Shown: positions 17,748-27,630, counted from the first letter of the stretch. The stretch is DNA of 34,474 nucleotides from an uncultured Oscillospiraceae bacterium (GCA_964424175.1 CAYRIA010000002.1:5360-39833), one strand, 5' to 3'. Program-made: numbers and translations. The notes: generated by a model from the letters alone, not told the origin.

Positions 17748-18605
17748 ATGCCGAGAACATACAACGATATTTACATTGGTGCAAGGAAGAAGCTCAAGGA
17801 CGGCGGGACTGAGGCAGCGAGTCTGGAAGCAAGGCTGATTATCTCCGCGGCGGCGGAAAAGCCGATGGACGCGCTTTTGCGGGATATGGGGCTTTATACC
17901 ACCGATGCGGTGGCTGAAAAGGTTTCAGAAATGGTTCAGAGGCGGCTCGAGGGCGAGCCTGTTGCCTATATTACGGGGAGCTGGGAGTTCTATGGGCTGC
18001 CGCTTTTGATTACTCGGGACGTGCTGATCCCGCGCAACGACACGGAGCTATTGGTGGACACGGCGCTCACGGCGCTCAAAGGCAGGAAGATGGATGCGCG
18101 CGTCGTCGACCTTTGTACCGGCAGCGGCTGCGTCGGCTGCGCTATCGCCCGGGAGCTGCCGGCAAGCCATGTGGTGCTTGCCGACAATAGCCGCGCGGCG
18201 CTCGCGGTCGCAAAGCACAACGTCCAGGCTAATCGCCTGAATCCGCGTGTGAGCTGCATCGAGCTTGACGCGCTGAGCGCTCCGCCGATGATGCTAGGTA
18301 GCTTTGATCTTTTGGCTTGTAATCCGCCGTATATCCCGACGGCGGATCTGGAAACGCTGGATTCTTCGGTGAAGGACTTCGAGCCGCTAGCCGCCCTGGA
18401 CGGTGGCGAGGACGGACTACTGTTTTACCGAGAGATTTTGAAAAGCTGGCACAATGTTGTGCGTATCGGGGGGCTGATGCTCTTTGAGGTCGGTATTGGG
18501 CAATCGGAGGCCGTGATGGCGCTAATGCGTGAGGCCGGCTTGAACAACGTCGGTGCGGTCAGAGATATGCAGGGGATCGAGCGTGTACTTTACGGCAATG
18601 TTTGA
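17748..18605 (+). CDS. prmC: Release-factor glutamine N5-methyltransferase
   Basis: SAM motif VVDLCTGSGCVG and the catalytic NPPY (LLACNPPYIP). Confidence 0.92.
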   Translation: MPRTYNDIYIGARKKLKDGGTEAASLEARLIISAAAEKPMDALLRDMGLYTTDAVAEKVSEMVQRRLEGEPVAYITGSWEFYGLPLLITRDVLIPRNDTELLVDTALTALKGRKMDARVVDLCTGSGCVGCAIARELPASHVVLADNSRAALAVAKHNVQANRLNPRVSCIELDALSAPPMMLGSFDLLACNPPYIPTADLETLDSSVKDFEPLAALDGGEDGLLFYREILKSWHNVVRIGGLMLFEVGIGQSEAVMALMREAGLNNVGAVRDMQGIERVLYGNV

Positions 18606-18662
18606 ATGGGGCGGAGAGCCTCGTTCATTGGAACGGATTATATTTGACGAGGTGTGAGGACT

Positions 18663-19766
18663 ATGGCAGAAAAGAAGAAAATCCCGATTACCCAGGTCGG
18701 TCAAGCCGAGGACAAGAAAAAGGCGCTCGAAACCGCGCTCGCGCAGATCGAGAAAAACTATGGCAAGGGCGCGATTATGCGCCTTGGCGACGATTTACCC
18801 GTGAACGTGGAGGCAATCTCCACCGGATCGCTCTCTCTCGACCTTGCGCTGGGCATCGGCGGTGTGCCGAGAGGGCGTATTGTGGAGATTTTCGGACCGG
18901 AATCCTCCGGTAAAACGACGCTTGCCCTGCATATCCTAGCCAGCGCCCAGAAGCTGGGCGGAGAAGTAGCCTTTATCGACGTTGAGCACGCGCTGGAGCC
19001 GGCCTATGCCCGGGCACTGGGAGTAGATATCGACAGCCTGCTCATTTCCCAACCGGACACCGGCGAGCAGGCCCTGGAGATCACTGAAGCACTGGTGCGC
19101 TCCGGTGCGCTGGATGTGGTTGTGGTCGACAGCGTTGCTGCGCTGCTGCCCCGAAGCGAGTTGGAGGGTGAGATGGGCGATTCCAGTGTCGGTGTGGTGG
19201 CACGCCTGATGTCGCAGGCATTGCGAAAGCTGGCCGGAACGATTTCCAAGACGCGGACGATCGTTGTGTTTATTAACCAACTCCGTGAAAAAATCGGCGT
19301 TATGTACGGCAATCCCGAGACGACGCCAGGCGGCCGTGCACTGAAGTATTTTTCCAGCGTGCGTATCGACGTGCGCCGAATTGAAACGCTCAAGAACGGC
19401 GCGGAGTCCTACGGAAACCGCACGAGGGCTAAGGTCATCAAAAACAAGGTCGCACCGCCTTTTAAAGAGGCGGAGTTCGACATCATCTACGGCGAGGGCA
19501 TTTCCAAACTCGGCGAGATCGTCGATATGGGTATTAAGCTGGAACTGATCGACAAGGCGGGAGCCTGGTTTACCGTCGGCGAGACGCGCCTGCAGGGCAA
19601 GGAGGCGGTCAAGGACTATTTGCGGGAGAATCCCGTGGTCTGCGACGAGCTGGAAGGCAAAATCCGTGAGAACGCCGCTAAGCTTCTGTCCGCCCCGCAG
19701 CCAAAGGCCGCGGGAAAGGCCGCAGGGCGCGCTGTCGACGTTTCAGCGGACGATTTCGAGGGCTGA
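18663..19766 (+). CDS. recA: Recombinase RecA
   Basis: Walker [24 protein letters not shown] and VVDSVAAL. I prefer ATG 18663 (MAEKKK) over the track's GTG at 18654. Confidence 0.98.
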   Translation: MAEKKKIPITQVGQAEDKKKALETALAQIEKNYGKGAIMRLGDDLPVNVEAISTGSLSLDLALGIGGVPRGRIVEIFGPESSGKTTLALHILASAQKLGGEVAFIDVEHALEPAYARALGVDIDSLLISQPDTGEQALEITEALVRSGALDVVVVDSVAALLPRSELEGEMGDSSVGVVARLMSQALRKLAGTISKTRTIVVFINQLREKIGVMYGNPETTPGGRALKYFSSVRIDVRRIETLKNGAESYGNRTRAKVIKNKVAPPFKEAEFDIIYGEGISKLGEIVDMGIKLELIDKAGAWFTVGETRLQGKEAVKDYLRENPVVCDELEGKIRENAAKLLSAPQPKAAGKAAGRAVDVSADDFEG

Positions 19767-20389
19767 TGGACGAGACGGTCACGCTTACGGAGTTGAGAGA
19801 AATCGCGCCCAAGCGCTTCATCGTCCGTTTTTCCGACGGCACGGAGCTGCGGCTGAGCCTGGATTCGGTTGCGGAGCTCTCTCTCTATTCGGGGCGGGAG
19901 TTTTCCGCGGAGGACTATGCAGCCCTGCGCGGGCGGGCGGCCCTTTCCCAATGCAAGGAGCGGGCGCTGCGCCTGATCGGGGCGAGACCGCTTTCCAAGA
20001 AAATGCTCTATGATAAGCTCGTGAGCAAAGGCGAGACGCCGGAAGATGCGGAGGAGGTTGTTGCCTGGCTCGAAGGGCTGCGCTATCTGGATGACGCACA
20101 GTATGCCGGGATGGTCGCGCGGCACTACGCGGGCAAGGGCTATGGGGTGCAGCGCATCCGCAGTGAGCTATATCGACGGGGCGTGGAAAAGGCGCTCTGG
20201 GATGCAGCGATAGAAGCGCTACCCGAGACGGAGGACAAGGCCTATGCCCTGCTCTGCCGCAGGCTGGGCGGTGAAATTCCGGATCGGGCTGAGCTAAAAA
20301 AGGCCACGGATGCGCTGTGCCGCCGCGGCTTTGGCTGGGACGAAATCCGTGCGGCGGTTCGCCGCTACGGCGAGGAATACGGAGAATAG
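19766..20389 (+). CDS. recX: RecA regulator RecX
   Basis: Repeated three-helix RecX modules (...KKMLYDKLVSKG..., ...RIRSELYRRGV..., ...KATDALCRRGFGWDEI...). Its start overlaps the recA stop by 1 nt (TGATG). Confidence 0.85.
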   Translation: MDETVTLTELREIAPKRFIVRFSDGTELRLSLDSVAELSLYSGREFSAEDYAALRGRAALSQCKERALRLIGARPLSKKMLYDKLVSKGETPEDAEEVVAWLEGLRYLDDAQYAGMVARHYAGKGYGVQRIRSELYRRGVEKALWDAAIEALPETEDKAYALLCRRLGGEIPDRAELKKATDALCRRGFGWDEIRAAVRRYGEEYGE

Positions 20390-20450
20390 ATCGGACAGCC
20401 GGTGCGTCGCACAGACGGACACGGCGGGTCTGCGCGCATCGGAGGATACT

Positions 20451-21773
20451 ATGGCAAAAAACAAGGTTGCCCTGATTTCGTTGGGCTGCCCGAAAAATCT
20501 GGTCAACAGTGAGCAAATGCTCTATCTGCTCTGCGAGGCGGGGCTGGAGCTGGTTCCCGAGCCAGAGGAGGCCGACGCGGTGGTTGTCAACACCTGTGGC
20601 TTCATCGAAGCCGCAAAAAGTGAGGCCATCGACACGATCATCGGACTAGGCGAACTAAAGAAGGCCGGGAAGATCAGGAGCATCATCGCCGTGGGCTGCC
20701 TGGTGCAGCGCTACAAGGATGAAATCCAGAAGGAGCTGACGGAGATCGATGCCCTGCTCGGCACGGGCAGCTACGGTGAGATCGTGGAAGCTGTAAAAGC
20801 TTCTCTCAAGGGGCGTGAATATGCGCGCTTTGACGATATCAATGCGGCGCTGGAGGAGGGCGGACGCATCGTCTCTACCGGGCCGGGCTGGGCGTTTCTG
20901 CGAATAGCAGAGGGCTGCAACAACCGCTGTGCCTTTTGTGTGATCCCCTCCATCCGCGGCAATTACCGCAGCCGTAGGCTGGAGGATATTGTCGAGGAGG
21001 CCGAGGCGATGGCGCGCACAGGGACGAAGGAGCTGATCGTCATTGCACAGGACATTACGCGCTACGGCACAGACCTCTATGGCAAGCGCTCGCTAACGGA
21101 GCTCCTGAGGCGGCTCTGTAAGATTCGCGGCGTGGAGTGGATACGGTTGCACTACCTGTATCCAGACGCATTTGACGATGAACTGATTGAGCTGATTGCT
21201 GCGGAGAAGAAGATCGTCAAATACCTCGACATTCCGATTCAGCATATTGACGACACGATCTTAAAGCGCATGAACAGGCGGGGTACGGGGGACGATATTC
21301 GTGCGCTACTAAGGAAGCTGCGGGAAAAAATCTCCGGCGTGGCAATCCGCACGAGCCTGATCGTCGGGCTACCCGGCGAGGGCGATGCAGAATTTGAAGA
21401 GCTTTGCGCCTTTTTGCGCGAGGCACGCATTGAGCGGGCGGGCGTTTTCGTTTTTTCCCCGGAGGAGGGTACGCCTGCGGCGGAGATGGCCGACCGCTGC
21501 GACGAGGACGAGGCGAAGCGCAGGCAGGAAATCATCATGGCGCTGCAGGCGGAGATTATGGATACATGGGGTCGGGGTTTTGAAGGACGAACCCTGCGTG
21601 TGCTTTGCGAGGGCTATGATGAGGAGTCGGGCTTACACTTTGGACGCAGCTTTGCGGACTCACCCGAGATCGACGGCGTTGTGTTTTTCTCTGGCGACTG
21701 CGCGGCGGGCGAGTTTGCCGAGGTACAAATCGACGAGACCGAGGGCGGAGAGTGGTTCGGCACACAAGTGTAA
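20451..21773 (+). CDS. rimO: Ribosomal protein S12 methylthiotransferase
   Basis: MAKNKVALISLGCPKNLVNSE (UPF0004 domain), radical-SAM CNNRCAFC and a TRAM C-terminus. The true ATG at 20451 follows GGAGGA. The track's start at 20310 is an upstream extension overlapping recX. Confidence 0.93.
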   Translation: MAKNKVALISLGCPKNLVNSEQMLYLLCEAGLELVPEPEEADAVVVNTCGFIEAAKSEAIDTIIGLGELKKAGKIRSIIAVGCLVQRYKDEIQKELTEIDALLGTGSYGEIVEAVKASLKGREYARFDDINAALEEGGRIVSTGPGWAFLRIAEGCNNRCAFCVIPSIRGNYRSRRLEDIVEEAEAMARTGTKELIVIAQDITRYGTDLYGKRSLTELLRRLCKIRGVEWIRLHYLYPDAFDDELIELIAAEKKIVKYLDIPIQHIDDTILKRMNRRGTGDDIRALLRKLREKISGVAIRTSLIVGLPGEGDAEFEELCAFLREARIERAGVFVFSPEEGTPAAEMADRCDEDEAKRRQEIIMALQAEIMDTWGRGFEGRTLRVLCEGYDEESGLHFGRSFADSPEIDGVVFFSGDCAAGEFAEVQIDETEGGEWFGTQV

Positions 21774-21823
21774 AGTGATGGGTATTCGACTTCTGTCACA
21801 TCAGGAAAGGACTGAGCTTTAAG

Positions 21824-22375
21824 ATGACTACCGCAAGCAAGATTACCATGGCGCGTATCGCCATGATCCCCTTTTTCATGGCGACTGCACTGATGGAGTT
21901 TCCGGGGAACGACTATGTCGCGTTGGCGATTTTTATTGTCGCCTCACTGACGGACAGCCTTGACGGCTACGTGGCAAGGCACTATAACCAAGTTTCGACC
22001 TTCGGGAAGTTCGTTGACCCGCTGGCGGATAAGCTGCTGGTCTTTGCTGCGCTGCTCATCTTTGTCGAGCGGGGGCAAATGGCCTCTTGGGCCTGCTGGA
22101 TTGTGGTGGCACGAGAGTTTGCTGTAACTGGGCTGCGGCTCGTGGCGATGGAGGATGGCGTGGTAATCGCGGCAGGAACCTCCGGTAAGGTCAAAACGGC
22201 TTTGTCGGTCGTCCTCTCCTGCGTGATGCTGCTGCCGGCGGTTGTGCATACCTATGCCTTGCTGCCCTGGCTAACTGTGGATGCGCTGTGCTCGGCGCTG
22301 ATCGTGCTGGTGACTGTCTATTCGGGCGTTGACTATTTTGTTGCCAACAAGGGCGTGCTCAGGTTAAGGGATTGA
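21824..22375 (+). CDS. pgsA: CDP-diacylglycerol-glycerol-3-phosphate 3-phosphatidyltransferase
   Basis: CDP-alcohol phosphatidyltransferase motif DSLDGYVARHYNQVSTFGKFVDPLADK. Multi-TM, 183 aa. Confidence 0.93.
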   Translation: MTTASKITMARIAMIPFFMATALMEFPGNDYVALAIFIVASLTDSLDGYVARHYNQVSTFGKFVDPLADKLLVFAALLIFVERGQMASWACWIVVAREFAVTGLRLVAMEDGVVIAAGTSGKVKTALSVVLSCVMLLPAVVHTYALLPWLTVDALCSALIVLVTVYSGVDYFVANKGVLRLRD

Positions 22376-22400
22376 CACGCTTTTGGCTTCGTGCTAATAT
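22372..22400 (+). promoter_or_regulatory. Sigma-A promoter of the cysE-cysS T-box leader
   Basis: Consensus TTGACA (22372-22377, overlapping the pgsA stop codon), 17 nt spacer, TAATAT (22395-22400). Confidence 0.7.
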
Positions 22401-22406
22401 AATAGG

Positions 22407-22660
22407 TAAAATTAGTGTTATATTTGGCTGTGAAAGGGAAAAGTAAAGTGCCGTTTGCGTTCCAGAGAGCCGCCGCCATGGCTGAAAGCGGCAGCAACGC
22501 ATAAGCCGCTTGAAGTGCGCCCCGGAGCCGAGGGAGGAGGAAATGCTTCCCCGTTAGCCGCGTTAAGGCCCCTGCCGGTATCGGCCGGCGAGTGATAAAC
22601 GAGAGTGGAACCGCGAATTTTTTCGCCTCTCACGGATGCAGAATCCGTGGGAGGCGTTTT
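22407..22660 (+). promoter_or_regulatory. T-box riboswitch leader, cysteine specifier
   Basis: AG-bulge AGAGAG (22464-22469) and a UGC codon followed by a purine (22516-22519). The T-box sequence AAACGAGAGUGGAACCGCG (22597-22615) has a 7-nt bulge UGGAACC. An antiterminator (GAGAG/CUCUC, GCGA/UCGC) competes with the terminator CGCCTCTCACGGAT / ATCCGTGGGAGGCG (22624-22656) plus TTTT. Downstream genes are cysE and cysS. Confidence 0.82.
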
Positions 22661-22752
22661 GCTTTCAGCGGTAAAAATAGCACTATACAGGCGATAGCCC
22701 CCGCGTGCCGAAGAGAAATCTGGCGCGCGAAAGCTAAAAAAGGAGAATGCAT

Positions 22753-23391
22753 ATGTTTCGTGAAATAAAAGAACTGATCGAAGCCTATAAGGCCAGAGAC
22801 CCAGCCGCGCGAAGTGCGTTTGAGATATTGGCGCTCTATCCGGGCATCAAGGCTACGATTTCGCACAGGCGGGCAAACTACTTTTATCGGCATAATATGC
22901 TCTTTCTCGCGCGCTGGATTTCCCAGCGTTCGCGGAAAAAGACCGGAATTGAAATTCATCCGGGTGCGACCATCGGACGGCGCTTCGTCATTGATCATGG
23001 CATGGGCGTTGTGATCGGTGAGACTGCGGAGGTCGGGGACGATGTACTGATCTATCAGGGCGTGACCCTAGGCGGCACGGGCAAGGACACCGGAAAGCGC
23101 CATCCGACCATCGGCAACAACGTGCTGATTGGTTCAGGTGCGAAAATCCTCGGCCCGTTCAAGGTCGGCGACAATTCGCGCATCGCCTCGAACGCCGTAG
23201 TGCTCAAGGAGGTTCCACCGAACAGTACGGCCGTCGGTGTGCCGGCGCGAATTGTCCGCGTTGACGGGCAAAAGACCAACTTTGCACAAAATGTCGACCA
23301 GATCAGTGTGGTTGACCCAATTGCAAATGAGCTGATTGCTCTGCATGATCAGGTCACAGCTCTGCTTGAAAAAAAGGCAAAGGCCGAATAA
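22753..23391 (+). CDS. cysE: Serine O-acetyltransferase
   Basis: The N-terminal SAT helix region (DPAARSAFEILALYPG), IHPGATIGRRFVIDHGMGVVIGETAEVG and hexapeptide repeats. ATG 22753 is 7 nt from GGAG, whereas the track's ATG 22747 is only 1 nt from it. Confidence 0.92.
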   Translation: MFREIKELIEAYKARDPAARSAFEILALYPGIKATISHRRANYFYRHNMLFLARWISQRSRKKTGIEIHPGATIGRRFVIDHGMGVVIGETAEVGDDVLIYQGVTLGGTGKDTGKRHPTIGNNVLIGSGAKILGPFKVGDNSRIASNAVVLKEVPPNSTAVGVPARIVRVDGQKTNFAQNVDQISVVDPIANELIALHDQVTALLEKKAKAE

Positions 23392-23404
23392 TGGAGGCGC
23401 ACAG

Positions 23405-24814
23405 ATGAAGATATTTAACTCCCTGAGTATGAAGAAAGAAGAATTTGTACCGATTGAGCCGGGGAAAGTCCGCATGTATGCTTGCGGGCCTACGGTGTAT
23501 AACTTTATCCACGTCGGGAACGCCCGGCCCCTGATTATGTTCGACGTGCTGCGTCGTTATCTGGAATACCGAGGCTATGAAGTTACGTTTGTGCAGAACT
23601 TCACGGACGTGGATGACAAGATCATCCGGCGCGCCAACGAGGAAGGAAGCAACTCTAAGGCAGTTGCAGAAAAGTATATCGGGGAGTATCACACGGATGC
23701 AAAGGGACTAGGTGTGCGTGAGGCGACGATCCACCCGAAGGCAACTGAGAACATTGGACAGATCATCAAGATGGTGAAGGATCTGGTTGAAAAGGGTTAT
23801 GCCTATGCGGTGGGGGGAGACGTTTATTACCGGGCTTCCAGCTTTGAGGGCTACGGTAAACTGAGCCACCAACCGCTTGAGGATCTGCAGGCCGGAGCAC
23901 GCATCGATGTGGCCGACGTGAAGGAAAACCCCATGGATTTCGCCCTCTGGAAGGCTGCGAAGCCCGATGAGCCTTCCTGGGATTCACCTTGGGGCAAGGG
24001 GCGGCCGGGCTGGCACATAGAATGCAGCGCAATGAGCAACCGTTACCTGGGCAAGACCATTGATATCCACTGCGGGGGGCAGGATCTGATCTTCCCGCAC
24101 CATGAGAACGAGATTGCGCAGTCCGAGGCTGCCAACGGTTGTACCTTCGTCAACTACTGGATGCATAACGGCTTTATCAGCGTGGACAACAAGAAAATGA
24201 GTAAGTCCCTGAATAACTTCTTTACTGTGCGCGAGGCGGCGGAGGTCTATGGCTACGACGCGATCCGCATGTTTATGTTGATGAGCCACTACCGCAGCCC
24301 ACTCAACTATTCAGGTGAGATACTGGAGCAGGCAAAAAACGCGCTGGAGCGCCTTTCGACCGCGCGGGCGAACCTGGACTTTTTCGCGGCCAATGGACGC
24401 GAGGGCACGATGGCGGACGCCGAGCAAATCTTTGCCGCGGGGCTTACGGTTTACCGCGAGCGCTTTGACGCGGTAATGGATGACGACATGAACACGGCGG
24501 ACGCCGTGGCGGTAATCTTTGAGCTGGTGCGTGAGGTGAACGCGGCGGTTTCGCCGTCGGCCAACCCAACGCGGGCGCTGGCCGTTGCCTGCGCCGCCGT
24601 CTTTGATGAGCTGGCCGGGGTGCTGGGGCTTCCGCTGGCTAAGGCGGAGGAGGCTTTGGACGCAGAGCTGAAGGCGCTGATTGCGGCGCGGCAGACGGCA
24701 CGTAAAAGCAAAAACTATGCCGAGGCCGATCGTATTCGAGACGAGCTGAAGGCACGGGGGATTACGCTGGAGGATACCCCTCAAGGCGTTAAGGTTGTTC
24801 GAGAACGCAAATAA
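23405..24814 (+). CDS. cysS: Cysteinyl-tRNA synthetase
   Basis: [19 protein letters not shown] (HIGH region), KMSKS, WHIECS. The ATG at 23405 follows GGAGG. The track's start at 23336 is an extension into cysE. Confidence 0.97.
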   Translation: MKIFNSLSMKKEEFVPIEPGKVRMYACGPTVYNFIHVGNARPLIMFDVLRRYLEYRGYEVTFVQNFTDVDDKIIRRANEEGSNSKAVAEKYIGEYHTDAKGLGVREATIHPKATENIGQIIKMVKDLVEKGYAYAVGGDVYYRASSFEGYGKLSHQPLEDLQAGARIDVADVKENPMDFALWKAAKPDEPSWDSPWGKGRPGWHIECSAMSNRYLGKTIDIHCGGQDLIFPHHENEIAQSEAANGCTFVNYWMHNGFISVDNKKMSKSLNNFFTVREAAEVYGYDAIRMFMLMSHYRSPLNYSGEILEQAKNALERLSTARANLDFFAANGREGTMADAEQIFAAGLTVYRERFDAVMDDDMNTADAVAVIFELVREVNAAVSPSANPTRALAVACAAVFDELAGVLGLPLAKAEEALDAELKALIAARQTARKSKNYAEADRIRDELKARGITLEDTPQGVKVVRERK

Positions 24815-24816
24815 TG

Positions 24817-24852
24817 ATGCAGCCCGTCCAGATTTATCTGGACGGGCTGCAT
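24817..24852. terminator. Bidirectional terminator between cysS and the PBP gene
   Basis: ATGCAGCCCGTCCAGAT (24817-24833) and ATCTGGACGGGCTGCAT (24836-24852) are perfectly complementary. Confidence 0.75.
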
Positions 24853-24862
24853 GCGTTTCTAT

Positions 24863-27091
24863 TCAGGCCGTTTTGCCCAGCGGATCGGACATGCCAAAAA
24901 ACTGTGCCAGAGGCGAGCTTGGGGGCGTGGGCGAGGGGCTGGGGGTCACTGGCAGGGAAGGTGTCGGTGCGGTTGGAGTTGGAGATGGAGATGGGATATC
25001 CGTTCCGGAGACAGGATTGCTGCCCGACGGGTTTTCGGAAGGTTCCTCAGAGGGGGAGGGACTGGGAGTTTCACTAAGCTCGCCGAAAATGTTCGTCGGT
25101 CCGCCTAGTGTCGGCGTTTTGAAGGCCTTATATTCCAGACCCTCGTGCAGAGGCTGCATAATCTTTTTCCAGGTCTGAGCTGCGGGGTTTCCATAGACAC
25201 GCATGTACGCGGGGGTGTCGTAGCCCGTCCAAACCGCGGCGACATAGTAGGGAGTATAGCCGACGAACCAGCGGTCATTATAGTCGGAGCTGGAGCCGGT
25301 TTTACCGGCGTGTGGCATGTTGCCGAGATAGGACTCGGAGCCGGTGCCATAGGTCGCAGCGATGTTTAGCATATAGGTGATCGTCCAGGCGGTGTTGGCC
25401 TTGAAGGCGACAATCGTTTCCGCGGGGTTGTCCAGAAGGGTGTTGCCCTCCGAGTCGGCTACGCGAGTATAACTGCGGGCAAAGGTGAATACGCCGTCGT
25501 TAACGAAGGCGTCAAAAGCCTGCGCCATTTCGCGCACGGTGGCGCCATTGGTGAGCTGGCCAAGAGACAAAGGGGCATAGTCACGGTCAGCCTCAACAAG
25601 GCTCTCGACACCGAGACGGTCATGTAGATAGTTATAGGAGACGCTCGGGGTTAGCTTATCAAGAATCTGGGCGGAAACGGTGTTGATGGAGCTTGTGAGG
25701 GCTCGCTGGATGGTAATGATGCCCGCATTGCCGCCGCCGGCGTTGCGCGGATACCAACTTGTGCCAGTAAGCTGGATTTCTGTGCCCGGCGCATCGTTGA
25801 CCAGCGTGGAGGGAGAGATGAGGCCCTGGTCAATGGCGGGACCGTAAATCGCAATCGGCTTAATCGAAGAACCAGGCGGGCGCTGTGCGTCTACTGCCCG
25901 GTTGAAGATGAGGTTTGCGGTTTTTTCACCGACGCCGCCGGAGAGCGCCTTGATTTCCCCCGTGTACGGGTCGAGGATAACGACGGCAGACTGAAGCGAC
26001 TCGCCGTTGGGAGACTTCACAGTCGGGAAGTTGGCGGGGTCCTTATATATGCCGTCAACAATGTTTTGCACGCGCATGTCGAGGCAGGAATAGATTTGAA
26101 GGCCGCCGTTATACAGCAGATTCTCGGCGATGTCCAGACTGATGCCTTTCTGCTCCATCAAATCGTCCAGCACGTCGGCAATGACGGTTTCGGTGTACCA
26201 ACTATTAATGGTCACTTCGTATTCCTCGTCTTCGCCGCGCTTGAACACAGGCTCCGAGTTGATCGCATCGATGTACTGCTCATAGGTGATAGAGCCTTGC
26301 TCATAGTACATTTCGGACAGGATAACATCCCGCCGTTCCTTGTTTTTCGTGCGGCTGATATAGGGGTCGTACTTTGAGGGGTTGTTGGTAATGCCGATGA
26401 GGCTTGCGCATTCGACCAAATCAAGCTCCCAGACGTCTTTGTCGAAATATGCTTTGGCAGCAGTGCCGACACCGTTGCAACCCTGCCCCAGATAAATGAC
26501 GTTGAGGTACCATTCCATGATCTCATCTTTTTCGTACATCTTTTCGAGCCTAAGCGCCTGGAAAATTTCCAGGAGCTTGCGTTGAACGGTAATATCGTCC
26601 TGCTTAGTGATGTTTTTGATGAGCTGCTGTGTAACGGTGGAGCCGCCAAAGTCGTTCTTCATGCTCAGGAACATGTTGGCGAAGGCACCGACGGTGCGAT
26701 ACCAGTCCACGCCCTTATGCTCATAAAAGCGCTTATCCTCAATGGCCACAGTCGCCTTGACCAAATATTCGGGGATGTTCTCATAGTCGACCCAGACGCG
26801 GTTTTCCTTGCCGTGGAGGGAGGCGAGGGATACCTCGTTCCCACTCTCGTCAGTGTAGTAGATCGTGCTGGCGAGATTCAGCGTCATGTCTTCAAGCGTG
26901 ACATCCAGATCGTCGGACAGATTAATTTTGACGTAATAAGCGAATATGCAGGCGAACAGCAGTCCCGTTGTCAAGAGGATGAGCAGCAGGGTGGCCAGAA
27001 CGTTCAAAACTACGCGCAGTACGCCCGTTATGGTGTGGGCGGTTGAGTTTGCAGCGGCCTTTGCGGCTCTACTTGCGTCCTTTTTGTTCAT
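24863..27091 (-). CDS. Class A penicillin-binding protein (GT51 glycosyltransferase + transpeptidase) with a Pro/Ser-rich C-terminal tail
   Basis: N-terminal TM anchor. GT51 motifs are EDKRFYEHKGVD, GGSTVTQQLIKN and RKLLEIFQALRLE. Transpeptidase motifs are SSIKP, SIN and KTGSS. SD GGAGG lies 9 nt before the ATG. Confidence 0.95.
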   Translation of the reverse strand: MNKKDASRAAKAAANSTAHTITGVLRVVLNVLATLLLILLTTGLLFACIFAYYVKINLSDDLDVTLEDMTLNLASTIYYTDESGNEVSLASLHGKENRVWVDYENIPEYLVKATVAIEDKRFYEHKGVDWYRTVGAFANMFLSMKNDFGGSTVTQQLIKNITKQDDITVQRKLLEIFQALRLEKMYEKDEIMEWYLNVIYLGQGCNGVGTAAKAYFDKDVWELDLVECASLIGITNNPSKYDPYISRTKNKERRDVILSEMYYEQGSITYEQYIDAINSEPVFKRGEDEEYEVTINSWYTETVIADVLDDLMEQKGISLDIAENLLYNGGLQIYSCLDMRVQNIVDGIYKDPANFPTVKSPNGESLQSAVVILDPYTGEIKALSGGVGEKTANLIFNRAVDAQRPPGSSIKPIAIYGPAIDQGLISPSTLVNDAPGTEIQLTGTSWYPRNAGGGNAGIITIQRALTSSINTVSAQILDKLTPSVSYNYLHDRLGVESLVEADRDYAPLSLGQLTNGATVREMAQAFDAFVNDGVFTFARSYTRVADSEGNTLLDNPAETIVAFKANTAWTITYMLNIAATYGTGSESYLGNMPHAGKTGSSSDYNDRWFVGYTPYYVAAVWTGYDTPAYMRVYGNPAAQTWKKIMQPLHEGLEYKAFKTPTLGGPTNIFGELSETPSPSPSEEPSENPSGSNPVSGTDIPSPSPTPTAPTPSLPVTPSPSPTPPSSPLAQFFGMSDPLGKTA

Positions 27092-27142
27092 TTGCGTGAA
27101 ACCTCCGTTGGGTCGTTCCCGTATAATAACCGCATAAAAATT

Positions 27143-27186
27143 ATTATACCATATAACAACCGTATAGCGGTTGTTATTATACCATA
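27143..27186 (-). promoter_or_regulatory. Two tandem extended -10 elements (TGgTATAAT) upstream of the PBP gene
   Basis: The plus-strand 13-mer TTATTATACCATA occurs at 27141-27153 and 27174-27186. On the minus strand each reads TATGGTATAATAA, that is TGgTATAAT. Confidence 0.45.
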
Positions 27187-27297
27187 GTATTTGTACTTGA
27201 GGTAGACTAATCGCAGAATTAATTTATTTTTGGCAGGTAGATTAATTTTCACACAAGGGGGGATAATTCAAATAAATACCTATTTGGAGGTTTTTAC

Positions 27298-27630
27298 TTG
27301 AACACTAAGCTGAAAATTGCGTTGGCTGGCGTTCTGTTTTTAGCAATGATCCTTCTTTCGGCCTTCGCTATCGTGGATTTCGTGGCAGCTGAGGGCGGTG
27401 GAGAGGCCGTCGGTTGCATGGCGGAGGGCAGCGAAAGCATCTGTTATGTGCTACGGGAATATGAGGGATATGTTGCTATTTTTGTGGAAAATGATGCAGC
27501 GCGGCCGATGACTGTTACCGATATTCAGACATCCACGCTCAGAGAGTTGGATAGGAAGATGATGGAAACGGGGCTCAAGCTGTATTCGCGCGAAACACTG
27601 ATGATGACGCTGGAGGACCTTGGCTCCTGA
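27298..27630 (+). CDS. Small N-terminally anchored membrane protein, BofC C-terminal-domain-like
   Basis: TTG start 8 nt after GGAGG. One TM (IALAGVLFLAMILLSAFAIVDFV). YVLREYEGYVAIF...TDIQTSTLRELDRKMMETGLKLYSRETLMMTLEDLGS resembles the BofC C-terminal module from memory. Confidence 0.55.
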   Translation: MNTKLKIALAGVLFLAMILLSAFAIVDFVAAEGGGEAVGCMAEGSESICYVLREYEGYVAIFVENDAARPMTVTDIQTSTLRELDRKMMETGLKLYSRETLMMTLEDLGS

